DNA of 64,000 bases from a virus, in IMG/VR virus record IMGVR_UViG_3300008267_000004, positions 1 through 64,000 of that record; one strand, 5' to 3'. Under the pieces are notes generated by a model, which did no database searches, was not told the origin of the DNA, and was given only the letters and a program-made list of their open reading frames with translations. The translations under genes were made by a program, and so were the position numbers. Positions 1 to 8,773 of this stretch are shown piece by piece. Position 1 is the first letter of the stretch. The number at the start of each line of letters is the position of its first letter.

Positions 1-518
1 TGTTGTCCAAGTTTAATGTGAACATTTGGAACTTCTGTCCATTGACGTAATTCATAACTTGCTGAATCTTGCCAAACAATTCCTCTATCTTGCGTTGGAG
101 CAGTTGTAAGAGGAACAAAATCAACATAATCAAGATTTGCTCCAGAGCCGGTATAATAAGAGGCGGTTACTGTTGTAAATGTTACATCATCTTTTGTATT
201 TAATGGATCGCCAGATGTTCCACTACCTGTTATATTTCCAGTAGTATATATTGTACCAGCACCACCTGAAGAACTTATAGCATATTGATCTCCAATTTGA
301 TTTATGGTAATGTTTGTGCCAGCTAAAAATACCGATCCTACATCTTGATTAAAATTATCTATATTAGAAGCTGTTAAACTATTTATTAAGCGACCACTAC
401 CGCTAAAAGAGCCAGTAATTCCCAAAGACGAACTAATGCTTCCGGTAACATTTGCGCTACCAGAAACATTAATTGATCCAGATATATCTAAATTATTTAA
501 AGTTCTAACATTTCTCAT
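1..518 (-). CDS. Tail-fibre-like / virion structural protein (partial, runs off left edge)
   Basis: Not in ORF track. ATG at 518, 5 nt after the stop of 524..949. Reads MRNVRTLNNLDISGSINVSGSANVTGSISSSLGITGSFSGSG... and ...SYELRQWTEVPNVHIKLGQ at the edge. Only the two ends were translated. Gly/Ser/Thr-rich beta-repeat composition typical of fibre shafts. Confidence 0.6.
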   Translation of the reverse strand, partial: MRNVRTLNNLDISGSINVSGSANVTGSISSSLGITGSFSGSGRLINSLTASNIDNFNQDVGSVFLAGTNITINQIGDQYAISSSGGAGTIYTTGNITGSGTSGDPLNTKDDVTFTTVTASYYTGSGANLDYVDFVPLTTAPTQDRGIVWQDSASYELRQWTEVPNVHIKLGQ

Positions 519-523
519 TAAAT

Positions 524-949
524 TTATCCGATTCCAGCACTACCAGAGTAAGAATCTGTTAATTTATAACCAGATATACCAGTTAATTCTGCAGCAACAT
601 ATGATCCACTGCAAACATTAGTAGCGTCGTGACTTAATAGAAAAATTCTGTCAGTTCTAACTCTTAATTCAACATAGTCGTTGTTTTTTCCAGAATTTGT
701 ATGAGGTTCAACTAACCAATAATTACTTCCTTTTACTCCGTTGGCACTAAAACCTACTCTTAATCCATAATTTGAATCGTTGTTATGAACTTTAATCATT
801 TGAGTTACGGAAGGAAAAATTAATTCTAAAGGAACTGCGCCTGCTGATGCACTAGGTGCAGACATTGAAGCAGTAACATATGGGATGCCACTTATTGTAT
901 AATTTCCAACGTTATGTAACCCCGCATTTAAAGTATTATATCCACTCAT
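524..949 (-). CDS. Hypothetical, probably virion-associated protein
   Basis: 141-aa ORF tightly coupled to the prohead protease. Ser/Gly-rich, beta-strand character. Confidence 0.55.
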   Translation of the reverse strand: MSGYNTLNAGLHNVGNYTISGIPYVTASMSAPSASAGAVPLELIFPSVTQMIKVHNNDSNYGLRVGFSANGVKGSNYWLVEPHTNSGKNNDYVELRVRTDRIFLLSHDATNVCSGSYVAAELTGISGYKLTDSYSGSAGIG

Positions 950-952
950 TTA

Positions 953-1558
953 TTATTTCTCCACTATATCATTTAATAATCTGTTTAACCTATCTGCTTT
1001 GCTAAATATTTCATTTATGTTACGTTTTTTATTCTCACTCATCATAAATGCACCGGGAGTACTTGGTTCTTGAACGAAATCAAAGCATATTAATTGAAAA
1101 TCATCTTCTACTATTGTTTTACCATTATCTTTTCTAGTAGATCCCAAACCGCGAGAACTGATTCCTAATTTAATTCCACCCTTTACAAGAGATTTAAGAA
1201 TATTACCAGATGGCGTATCTAGTACCTTTACTTTTCCCATAACAGAATTTCCTTCCCACCAGCACTTTGTTACAACATGAGAAACATTTTTTAAATTAAT
1301 TATAGAATCATCAGGGTGATCTAACTCTCCTAACGCTCTATGATCTTCAACCATTTTTTGATAATTATCTATTTCTCTTTTTAGGATTTTTTCTGGATAT
1401 ATTCTTCCATTTCCATTCTGCTGATCGCATTTTTGCATAATGCCAGTAAGCATAACACCACCAGATTTAACAAATATTTTTTCTTCTTCTGTTAAAAGAT
1501 CGGGACAGTATCCACCTTCACATAATTCATAAAATTCTCTTAATAGCTCTTTTGACAT
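953..1558 (-). CDS. gp21: Prohead core protease (T4 gp21-like)
   Basis: Motifs NGNGRIYP, ALGELDHP (catalytic His), GISSRGLGS (catalytic Ser) and FDFVQEPSTPGA. Confidence 0.92.
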   Translation of the reverse strand: MSKELLREFYELCEGGYCPDLLTEEEKIFVKSGGVMLTGIMQKCDQQNGNGRIYPEKILKREIDNYQKMVEDHRALGELDHPDDSIINLKNVSHVVTKCWWEGNSVMGKVKVLDTPSGNILKSLVKGGIKLGISSRGLGSTRKDNGKTIVEDDFQLICFDFVQEPSTPGAFMMSENKKRNINEIFSKADRLNRLLNDIVEK

Positions 1559-1559
1559 T

Positions 1560-1835
1560 TTATTTTACCTTGACTCCCAAAGATTGTAACCATGGTTTTA
1601 GAGCCGCATATTGAGGGTGTTTTGAAGTAAATAACATATCAGCGAAAGATTGGACCACTGGTAAACCTGCTGCTGGTAATCCACCTGCAGTTGGTTGAGC
1701 GCCAACTGGTGCTGCAGCTGTTGCCGGAGCAGCTGCAGGAGCAGCAGGAGCGGCAGGAGCAGCAGGGGCAACCTCATTCATCTCTTCTTTTACCTCTTTT
1801 ATTAGTTTTAAAATTTCAGATTTAGAAATATTCAT
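1560..1835 (-). CDS. Small Ala/Pro-rich protein with N-terminal ISKSEILKLIKE motif; putative internal head/core protein
   Basis: 91-aa ORF directly upstream of the protease, with an APA repeat tract. N-terminus resembles those of 14111..14353 and 14367..14903. Confidence 0.5.
   Translation of the reverse strand: MNISKSEILKLIKEVKEEMNEVAPAAPAAPAAPAAAPATAAAPVGAQPTAGGLPAAGLPVVQSFADMLFTSKHPQYAALKPWLQSLGVKVK
1721..1772 (-). repeat. Imperfect 9-bp coding repeat (GCAGGAGCA-like) encoding (APA)n
   Basis: Plus strand reads ggagcagctgcaggagcagcaggagcggcaggagcagcaggggca; translates as APAAPAAPAAPAA. Confidence 0.8.
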
Positions 1836-1856
1836 TTTTTTACCTCGATTAGTTAC

Positions 1857-1885
1857 AGCCCTCTAGATTTTTTCTCTAGAGGGCT
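1857..1885. other. Perfect 11-bp inverted repeat (stem-loop)
   Basis: AGCCCTCTAGA-ttttttc-TCTAGAGGGCT, between the 25-aa ORF and 1560..1835. No U-tract follows it on the minus strand. Confidence 0.8.
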
Positions 1886-1889
1886 ATAT

Positions 1890-1967
1890 CTAGCTACCTG
1901 CACAACATCTACGAACTGGTTGTAACATATATCTACGTACAAATGTTACTTCTTCTGTAAGACGCAT
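1890..1967 (-). CDS. 25-aa micro-protein MRLTEEVTFVRRYMLQPVRRCCAGS
   Basis: Not in ORF track. ATG at 1967 with a strong Shine-Dalgarno (AAAGGAGAAAATC-ATG), TAG stop at 1890-1892, and an ACTATTTA motif 22 nt upstream. Confidence 0.7.
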   Translation of the reverse strand: MRLTEEVTFVRRYMLQPVRRCCAGS

Positions 1968-1989
1968 GATTTTCTCCTTTGCTAAATTA

Positions 1990-1997
1990 TAAATAGT
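1990..1997 (-). promoter_or_regulatory. ACTATTTA upstream motif (putative phage late promoter)
   Basis: 22 nt upstream of the ATG at 1967; same motif recurs 18-27 nt upstream of four other starts. Confidence 0.6.
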
Positions 1998-2002
1998 GTT
2001 CA

Positions 2003-2293
2003 TTATTCATTTTTTCTTACTATTCTGAATCCTTCATCTAAAACTATTTTACTTAAAAAGTAAGAAGTACCAGATGAGACACAACCAGCTAAAAAACTGC
2101 CAATAATTATACTATCAAATATATTTTTATTTAATAAATACATTAAAAAATTTACAACTACTCCAACCCAAAAACCAGTACACATAGTACAGTGAAAAAA
2201 ATGATGTTTTGGTCTTATTTTTTCAAATATCTTGCCATATACAAGGGTCATTGTCATTCCGTAACAAGCTAGAATAAAAATTAATAAATTCAT
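2003..2293 (-). CDS. Small membrane protein, DUF1360-like
   Basis: Three hydrophobic segments and the FFHCTMCTGFWVG (CxxC-x-x-x-W) motif. Confidence 0.55.
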   Translation of the reverse strand: MNLLIFILACYGMTMTLVYGKIFEKIRPKHHFFHCTMCTGFWVGVVVNFLMYLLNKNIFDSIIIGSFLAGCVSSGTSYFLSKIVLDEGFRIVRKNE

Positions 2294-2301
2294 GTATCCT
2301 C

Positions 2302-2826
2302 TTAGTAATTGTAACGATAAATTCCGCGAGTTGGAAAACCGTATTTTGGAATAGATCCTTTAAATGGTTCTTGAGGAATTTCTCCAAGTTCAGTTGATTC
2401 TTCTGTATCTGGATCTAGCAAAGATTTTTCCATTTCTTCTTCATAGGCTTTTTCATAGGCAATAGTAGGACGTTGTTGTTCAATATAATCAGCTAAGTTA
2501 TATATAACAACCTGTAATGGATCTTCTCCACCAGCTGCCTGCGCTGGATATGTTGCCTGAAGTGATCCAAAAACATTTCCACCAGAAATCGCATCAGCAG
2601 AAATAACACCCTTTGATGCTAGTTGTTTAAAAATTTCTTCTTGTGTATGATAGACATAATCATTTTGCTGTTCTTTTGGTAAAAGAAGAATTTTTTGTTT
2701 TTGTGGCATTACAACAATATCCACTTCTGGGTGTTCCCTCATAATATAATCGCCAGAGAGAGTTTTTGCGATTTGCATTTCTTTCTGAATACCAGTTTGT
2801 TTATCTTTAATTTTAATTGTCAACAT
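2302..2826 (-). CDS. Hypothetical protein (head module)
   Basis: 174-aa ORF coupled by a 1-nt overlap to 2826..3629. Confidence 0.6.
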   Translation of the reverse strand: MLTIKIKDKQTGIQKEMQIAKTLSGDYIMREHPEVDIVVMPQKQKILLLPKEQQNDYVYHTQEEIFKQLASKGVISADAISGGNVFGSLQATYPAQAAGGEDPLQVVIYNLADYIEQQRPTIAYEKAYEEEMEKSLLDPDTEESTELGEIPQEPFKGSIPKYGFPTRGIYRYNY

Positions 2827-3629
2827 TAGTTATTTACCTCATGCACAAGTTGTTGGACTTTTAAAATCTTCTCTAGCATATCTTTTGTTATTTCTCTGGC
2901 GTCTTTAAAATCATTTAGGAATTTATTGACTTCTTTAGCTTTAAATTCCATATTTTTATCACTTTTAATCTCTTCGGAATTTAATGCTTTCCTTATTCCC
3001 TCTTTTAGTCTCTCTAGTTCTTCATTTAGAAAAATTTTAAGTTCTAGTCCGTTATCTGAAAAAGAAGAGACATATCTTGTAAGTAGTTCCTTTTGTTCTA
3101 TTAATAAGTCAGAATATTTTTCATTAAATTTTCCAACAAAAGACTTATAAACAATATTATCTACCGGTCTTAGATCTTCTTTGATATTGGAAGTTTTAAT
3201 TTCATTGACTATCGTTTGTTCTAGAAGAATTTTTTCTTTTATAGGTGTGCTTGGGTTAAAAATTTGTGCTATCGTAGCTATATTTTTATAATTTGGAACG
3301 AAATGATTATAAACAGAATGACCTATCTTTTTATTTATTTTATTTATAAGAGTGGATTGTTCATTAAATATATTTTTCTTATCTAATTTATCGTGTCTGT
3401 TTTTTACTTCTTGTAAATATCTATCAGCCAATTTCTCTTCTATTTTTTTCTCTAAAGCTTTATATAGTTTTAGTTCTTTACCCATTTCGGTTTGTGGATT
3501 AAAATATTCAAAGATAACAGCTTTAACGTACTCTGCATGTTTTAAATTTTCGTTTAAAATTGCTACTGTTGCTTCTCTAGAGAGTACCTCAAAAAGAAAA
3601 GCGGTATTTCTTTTCTTATTATGTGCCAT
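2826..3629 (-). CDS. Hypothetical helical protein immediately downstream of portal (possible head assembly protein)
   Basis: 267 aa, starts HNKKRNTAFLFEVL, charged and helical. Function inferred from position only. Confidence 0.55.
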   Translation of the reverse strand: MAHNKKRNTAFLFEVLSREATVAILNENLKHAEYVKAVIFEYFNPQTEMGKELKLYKALEKKIEEKLADRYLQEVKNRHDKLDKKNIFNEQSTLINKINKKIGHSVYNHFVPNYKNIATIAQIFNPSTPIKEKILLEQTIVNEIKTSNIKEDLRPVDNIVYKSFVGKFNEKYSDLLIEQKELLTRYVSSFSDNGLELKIFLNEELERLKEGIRKALNSEEIKSDKNMEFKAKEVNKFLNDFKDAREITKDMLEKILKVQQLVHEVNN

Positions 3630-3631
3630 TT

Positions 3632-5602
3632 TTATTCCTCGCTTTTAGCTTTTTTAAATAAAGCTGTTTCTAAAGATCTTAGTTTCTGATCTACTTCTAA
3701 TAACATTTTTTCATCTCTATCATAAATATTAGTAACTTCTTCTCTTATACCTATAGAAAATGTGTCTAAGTCGCTTTTTCCTGCAAAAATACTTCTTTCG
3801 GTAGCGCCGGATACTGATTCTGGAGTATGAGTAGTTTTTGTGTGTCTAGTAAAAGCTCCTCTACCTCTCATATCGCTAACTACTGGCTTATACCATTTTC
3901 CTTTTGAGCCGGGCGTTAAATGTGATCCATCTTTTCTTTTAGCAGGTGCTGCTAGTAGCGTAGATTCTTCGCCACCCCCTTCAGGAGCGGCTTCTGGGGC
4001 GGCTTCTGGAGCTGCCCCGCCTTCTGGCGGCATTCCTTCAGCTGGTGGCGCTCCTTCTGCTGGTGCTGCACCTAAGTCACCCATTCCACCTCCACCACCC
4101 GCTGCTGGCGCTGCTGCTGCATCTGGTTGAACAGATTCAAGATTTTTTGCAAATTGAGTATCATACAATAAATCTCTTTGAATTCTAACAAGCTCTCTTT
4201 TATTAATTTTAAATACATTATCAAAAATCCATCTCTTACTAAATCCTTGCTCTTTTGCAGTACCAGCAATCTCTAATTGAGCCTTAAAGTGTTCAATTTC
4301 TTGAAGTTCTGCGATTCTTGAAGGATTGTTTAAAGATAATTTAAATTTTACAAGATCTTCGTTTCTAAATCCTAGAGTATATAAGTGAATCATACCAATT
4401 TTTTCTAATTCACTAATAATGGTTCTCTGTAATCTTTGGATTGTGCGAGCAAAACGAATATCTTTTTGTGCAAGAGTGCTTTTATCTTCTGTTGCACCTT
4501 CGCCACGGGCAAGGTATGCTTGAGGGATTTTAATAGCAGAAAATAGCTTGTCTCTTAGATATTTAATATCGTCAATTGCGCTAGTGAATTGACCACCTGG
4601 TAAATTTTCTATCTTTGTACCAGTCTGTTGACCGCGAACAGGGATATAAAAGTCTTCATCAATACTCATCGGATTATAACGAAGATCAACACGCCCAGTT
4701 GAAGGATCAACTATTTGATTACGCTTCATTTGCGTAATAATTTTTTGCATATACTGCTCTATTTCTTGAGGAGGAATATTTCCAGTATCAATATAAAATA
4801 CACGGCGTTCTGGACTTCTTACAACACGATATGCCATCATCGCATCTTCCATAAGAGTTAATTGACGCCAAATACGACGTGCTGGCTCTAAGATAGAAGT
4901 TCCATATGGACTATATTTATCTTGCCCTAAAATTCTAAAGTGAGCAATTTGCCAGTTTTCAAAAGTCATACCAGCACTATTCCATTGAAATTGAACATAA
5001 TTTGCGTTTGTTTCATCTTGTCCTTCCAATCTTTCTACCTCTGGGGAAGGTAATCCTAAGACGCTTTTAACACCAAGTTGTTCATCTATATCAAGATAAA
5101 GGAAAAAATCTCCAAATTTAACCATAGTCCTGCACCAACCAAATAAGTTTGATTCAAGATTTAGAGTGCTGTAATATAGTGTATTTAATATTTGTTTTAT
5201 TTCGTCATTTTGACAATCAATGTTAATAACTTTTCTAAAATGATTACTTGTTGTCATTTCATCAGCATAAATATCAAGTGCAGATGCTAATTCTGGCATA
5301 AATTCCATTTGATCAAAGTCGGAATACCTTTCTGCGCGACTTTGATTTGCCATAATATTACTTTGTATGGCTTCAAAGGGATTATAACTTTTCTTTTTAA
5401 AACTTTGTCCGCTGGCAGATGTAAATTTAAAACGGTCTAGATCTCTTCTTTTAAATCTTAATTGTGAAGTAGATCTAAAATTAGATAAAGGACCGGAAAA
5501 AAGCCTAGTTAATCCCAAATATAGAGGTGATTCACTATTTCTAGGATTTTTTTCTGTTTCTGTTTTTTGAATTTTATTTCTATTACCGTTATCTGCTGCC
5601 AT
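3632..5602 (-). CDS. gp20: Portal protein (T4 gp20-like) with long Ala/Pro/Gly/Glu-rich C-terminal extension
   Basis: Motifs ALDIYADE, YGTSILEPARRIWRQLTLMEDAMMAYRVVRSPERRVFYIDTGNIPP, EDFYIPVRG, IENLPGG, DIKYLRDKLFSAIKIP and DIRFARTIQRLQ. Confidence 0.95.
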   Translation of the reverse strand: MAADNGNRNKIQKTETEKNPRNSESPLYLGLTRLFSGPLSNFRSTSQLRFKRRDLDRFKFTSASGQSFKKKSYNPFEAIQSNIMANQSRAERYSDFDQMEFMPELASALDIYADEMTTSNHFRKVINIDCQNDEIKQILNTLYYSTLNLESNLFGWCRTMVKFGDFFLYLDIDEQLGVKSVLGLPSPEVERLEGQDETNANYVQFQWNSAGMTFENWQIAHFRILGQDKYSPYGTSILEPARRIWRQLTLMEDAMMAYRVVRSPERRVFYIDTGNIPPQEIEQYMQKIITQMKRNQIVDPSTGRVDLRYNPMSIDEDFYIPVRGQQTGTKIENLPGGQFTSAIDDIKYLRDKLFSAIKIPQAYLARGEGATEDKSTLAQKDIRFARTIQRLQRTIISELEKIGMIHLYTLGFRNEDLVKFKLSLNNPSRIAELQEIEHFKAQLEIAGTAKEQGFSKRWIFDNVFKINKRELVRIQRDLLYDTQFAKNLESVQPDAAAAPAAGGGGGMGDLGAAPAEGAPPAEGMPPEGGAAPEAAPEAAPEGGGEESTLLAAPAKRKDGSHLTPGSKGKWYKPVVSDMRGRGAFTRHTKTTHTPESVSGATERSIFAGKSDLDTFSIGIREEVTNIYDRDEKMLLEVDQKLRSLETALFKKAKSEE

Positions 5603-5606
5603 TTAT

Positions 5607-7184
5607 TTATCCTTTTATTACCCATGAATAATTTTTATAGACTTCTGCTTGTTTTGACATATCCTGAGACTTTTCATATCCTCTCATACCCTGTATGGAA
5701 GAATTAAAAGTGTTTCTGCTAGTAAAAATTGAATTCAAGAATACCTTAGAATACTCTAAATTTCTGTCGTTGTTAATTAAAGCAGTATCTCTTACCCAAC
5801 AAGCTATTGCCATTGCCATAACTAAATCATCATTATACCCTTTTTGTGCCTCTGGTTTTCCATTGTGCCAAATAAAAGTATCTAATTCATTAATTAGTCT
5901 TTGAGAATTGATTTTTAGTAACTTGTTTCTTACAAATTCTTCCAATTTAGCAATTATTAAAGGTCTAGATTTCATGGTCGTAGAAAACCCAGGTACAGAA
6001 TTACTAGTGTAGGAAGCTTCTGTAGAATCTAGAAAATCACCACTACCTTTTGTTGAATAATATATATTTGGGTATGACATTTCTATTAATTTAGTTAATA
6101 CAGCAAATCCAACGTTATTATTTTCCACTACTATCATACAGTTACCGTATTCTCTTCCTGTGTCAAATAATAATTTAGAAAAACTATCAATATCTATTTT
6201 TCCTTGGTATTCCGCAACTTGTTCCATTGTCCTAGTGTTGATAACGTGGAATACAGAAAAATCGCGCCCGTCACCCCTAGCAACGTCAGCAGAGAGTACA
6301 TAAGAGCCTCCATTATTAAACTCCTCCCAAACGTAATAATTTCTATCAACCCAAGTTTTATATTTTGCTTCCTTAACTAATTTTTTAAGAGACTCCAGAT
6401 CATGAGGAGCTATTACTGTCTCTCCAGATGCATTAAAATTACATTCATATTCTTGCGCTATGTCTCTAGAAGACATATTTTTAGTCATGTTTTTAAACCA
6501 TGCATCGTCATATTCTGGATGTACGTTCCATGGTAATTTAGAACATTTAAAATTATTTGCGTGACTTTCAGCTTCGACGTAAGTTTTATGAAACCAATTT
6601 CCTACACCATTTGGTGTAGATAAAGCAATACACCTACCTCCAGTGGATACTGTTGGATATAAACCAGTCCAAAGTTCGTCCATATCATCAACGTGTGCAG
6701 CTTCGTCTATTACAAGCAAAGACAATGCTTGACCACGACCAGCATCTTTTGATGTTGGAGTTCCTTGTATTTTTGAACCATTACTTAATTCAAATTTAGT
6801 TTTATTATTTGTTTTAACGGTTGCAATTTTTAACCAATCAGGAACAGATTGAATAATATCTCTAACTTTATCAACTATTTCTATGGCAGTATGTAGTTTT
6901 GTTGCCATAACAAGAATATTTTTCTCTTTATAAAACAACATCATCCAAGAGATATAACCAGAAACAATGGTAGAAATACCAAGTTGGCGTCCCTTAAGGA
7001 TGATGTTGTATCTATAATCGTGAAAATCTTTTAAAAGAGTTTTTTGAAAGTTATATGTCTTAAAAGGTATTATTCCTCTTTCTTGATGAACAATTCTTGC
7101 ATAGTTATCTAAGAAGTAAGCTGGATCTTTTCCACACTTTACTATCTCTCTTGTAATCTCCTGTTTAGATAACTCATAAGACAT
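5607..7184 (-). CDS. terL: Terminase large subunit (T4 gp17-like)
   Basis: ATPase motifs KGRQLGIST, LLVIDEAAHV and STPNG; nuclease motifs SADVARGDGRDFS and DDLVMAMA. Confidence 0.95.
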   Translation of the reverse strand: MSYELSKQEITREIVKCGKDPAYFLDNYARIVHQERGIIPFKTYNFQKTLLKDFHDYRYNIILKGRQLGISTIVSGYISWMMLFYKEKNILVMATKLHTAIEIVDKVRDIIQSVPDWLKIATVKTNNKTKFELSNGSKIQGTPTSKDAGRGQALSLLVIDEAAHVDDMDELWTGLYPTVSTGGRCIALSTPNGVGNWFHKTYVEAESHANNFKCSKLPWNVHPEYDDAWFKNMTKNMSSRDIAQEYECNFNASGETVIAPHDLESLKKLVKEAKYKTWVDRNYYVWEEFNNGGSYVLSADVARGDGRDFSVFHVINTRTMEQVAEYQGKIDIDSFSKLLFDTGREYGNCMIVVENNNVGFAVLTKLIEMSYPNIYYSTKGSGDFLDSTEASYTSNSVPGFSTTMKSRPLIIAKLEEFVRNKLLKINSQRLINELDTFIWHNGKPEAQKGYNDDLVMAMAIACWVRDTALINNDRNLEYSKVFLNSIFTSRNTFNSSIQGMRGYEKSQDMSKQAEVYKNYSWVIKG

Positions 7185-7192
7185 TTAACCAC

Positions 7193-7690
7193 CTATTTTT
7201 TAATATTCATTAGCCAACGTTTTGCTACGTCTTCAAAAGAAGCATTGTCTGCTTCAATCTTTTTTTGAATTTTTAAATCTTTTAGATTACCAATTTCATA
7301 AGCTTGATTTGCCGTTACAACAGCTGTTCTACGATTTACTGTCTGAACAAGAATATTAACATCTCCATACTCTGTTAAGGATAGAGAACCTTTTGTAACT
7401 TTTTTATATTCTGTCTTGATAAAATTTGAAATTTCTTTCATAATATGACGAATATCTGTTTCAAAATTTTTATCATGAATATCGCAAAGAGGAACTTCGC
7501 TATTGTATTTAACGATTAATTTATCGTTCATAAATTGAATTCCAAAACCATCCATAACTCTTCCGTCGTAAAGAGAAACACCCTGTACAAGATCTTCCAT
7601 TTCTCTTCTTAGGCCAATTTTTGCTCCACCATGATGTTTAGCGTGGACAGCTTGAGAAATTCCATTTACTACTTCCATGACTGTTGCCAT
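7193..7690 (-). CDS. Hypothetical protein
   Basis: 165-aa ORF in the head operon; no motif recognised. Confidence 0.6.
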   Translation of the reverse strand: MATVMEVVNGISQAVHAKHHGGAKIGLRREMEDLVQGVSLYDGRVMDGFGIQFMNDKLIVKYNSEVPLCDIHDKNFETDIRHIMKEISNFIKTEYKKVTKGSLSLTEYGDVNILVQTVNRRTAVVTANQAYEIGNLKDLKIQKKIEADNASFEDVAKRWLMNIKK

Positions 7691-8026
7691 TTATTTATCC
7701 TCTATTTTACATAAGTAACACTTATAACAAGCATTAAATTTTTTTATGTAAATATCATCTCTTCTATCGAATGAATATTTTTTACAGATTTTACAATTTC
7801 TATCTTCTTTGTTCATTAAAACATTTTTTGATACCATTATTCCGTCTACTTCTATTCTTTCTTTAGAGTCTTGAGATACATATTCTTTTTTTATTACTGC
7901 TTTTGTATCTTCTATATAAGTTTTTTCTTTTTCTTCATCCCAAAAATGCTTAGGATTCATAGTGGCAACTTCGCCATATTTTTCTTTTATAGCTTTTTCT
8001 AAAGCTTGAATATATTTTATATCCAT
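7691..8026 (-). CDS. Hypothetical protein with C-terminal CxxC...CxxC (possible Zn finger)
   Basis: NCKICK...ACYKCYLC. Confidence 0.55.
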   Translation of the reverse strand: MDIKYIQALEKAIKEKYGEVATMNPKHFWDEEKEKTYIEDTKAVIKKEYVSQDSKERIEVDGIMVSKNVLMNKEDRNCKICKKYSFDRRDDIYIKKFNACYKCYLCKIEDK

Positions 8027-8772
8027 TATCTACGATAACCATAAGGTAATAGCGAAGGATGACGAATAATTTTTTGTTGTCTTCTAGGGTTTATATATTT
8101 TTTAGATTCCTGTAATTCTTCATCTCTGGAATCATTTCTGGCGTATGGATTTCTGTCTTCATCATCGTCAGAATATGCTGGTTGTTTTGGAGCAGCAGAA
8201 GGTTCTTCGCCTAAATCATCTAAACCTGTTAATAGTTTAGACATATCCATTTGTATATTTTTGGAAGAAGCCCAAGAAGCAACTTTTTGTGCTAATGCTT
8301 CTACCTGTTCCCTAGATTTTAGACCAGATGCTTTTGCAAATCCAACAAAATTACTTAAATCTACTTCTTCTTCCTCTTTTGGTTCTTCTGTAGCTGGGGC
8401 GGTTGGAGCGGTTGGTTCAGCTTTTGGGGCTTCCTCTTCATCGTCTTCTATTGTTCCACCTAGTGAAGCAGAACTTGGTCTTCTTTGCGGGGCTGCACCT
8501 TGAGCAGCATCTGCTTCTGGCTCTGAATATTGTGGTTGAGCCATAGATGCGCCCGGTGCCGCAGGAGCAGCAGGAGCGGCAGAAGATGTTGGGGCTGCAG
8601 CCGCTGGTTTTCCTCCTCTTCTTTGTGCATCTAAACCAGCTTCCGTATTTTTAATATCGTCTGCTACGTCTTGTAATTCACCTTCTTCAACATGTTTGCT
8701 TTTTTTGACAGATCCATATCCTTCTGTCATAACAAATTTTCCATTTACGAATTTAAAAATATTATTTGGCAT
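8026..8772 (-). CDS. Acidic Ala/Pro-rich low-complexity protein; putative internal head/scaffold protein
   Basis: Start moved to ATG 8772 (MPNNIFKF), 1 nt after the upstream stop. Long disordered A/P/E/D tracts and a basic tail after LQES. Confidence 0.55.
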   Translation of the reverse strand: MPNNIFKFVNGKFVMTEGYGSVKKSKHVEEGELQDVADDIKNTEAGLDAQRRGGKPAAAAPTSSAAPAAPAAPGASMAQPQYSEPEADAAQGAAPQRRPSSASLGGTIEDDEEEAPKAEPTAPTAPATEEPKEEEEVDLSNFVGFAKASGLKSREQVEALAQKVASWASSKNIQMDMSKLLTGLDDLGEEPSAAPKQPAYSDDDEDRNPYARNDSRDEELQESKKYINPRRQQKIIRHPSLLPYGYRR

Positions 8773-8773
8773 T

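Noticed and set aside
1857-1885. The 11-bp hairpin as a classical intrinsic terminator
   Set aside because: No U-tract follows it on the coding (minus) strand; kept only as an unexplained stem-loop.
6975-7005. TerL Walker A lacking the GK(T/S) lysine (KGRQLGIST) as a sign of inactivation
   Set aside because: KxRQxGxST-type variants occur in functional large terminases, and all other ATPase and nuclease motifs are intact.
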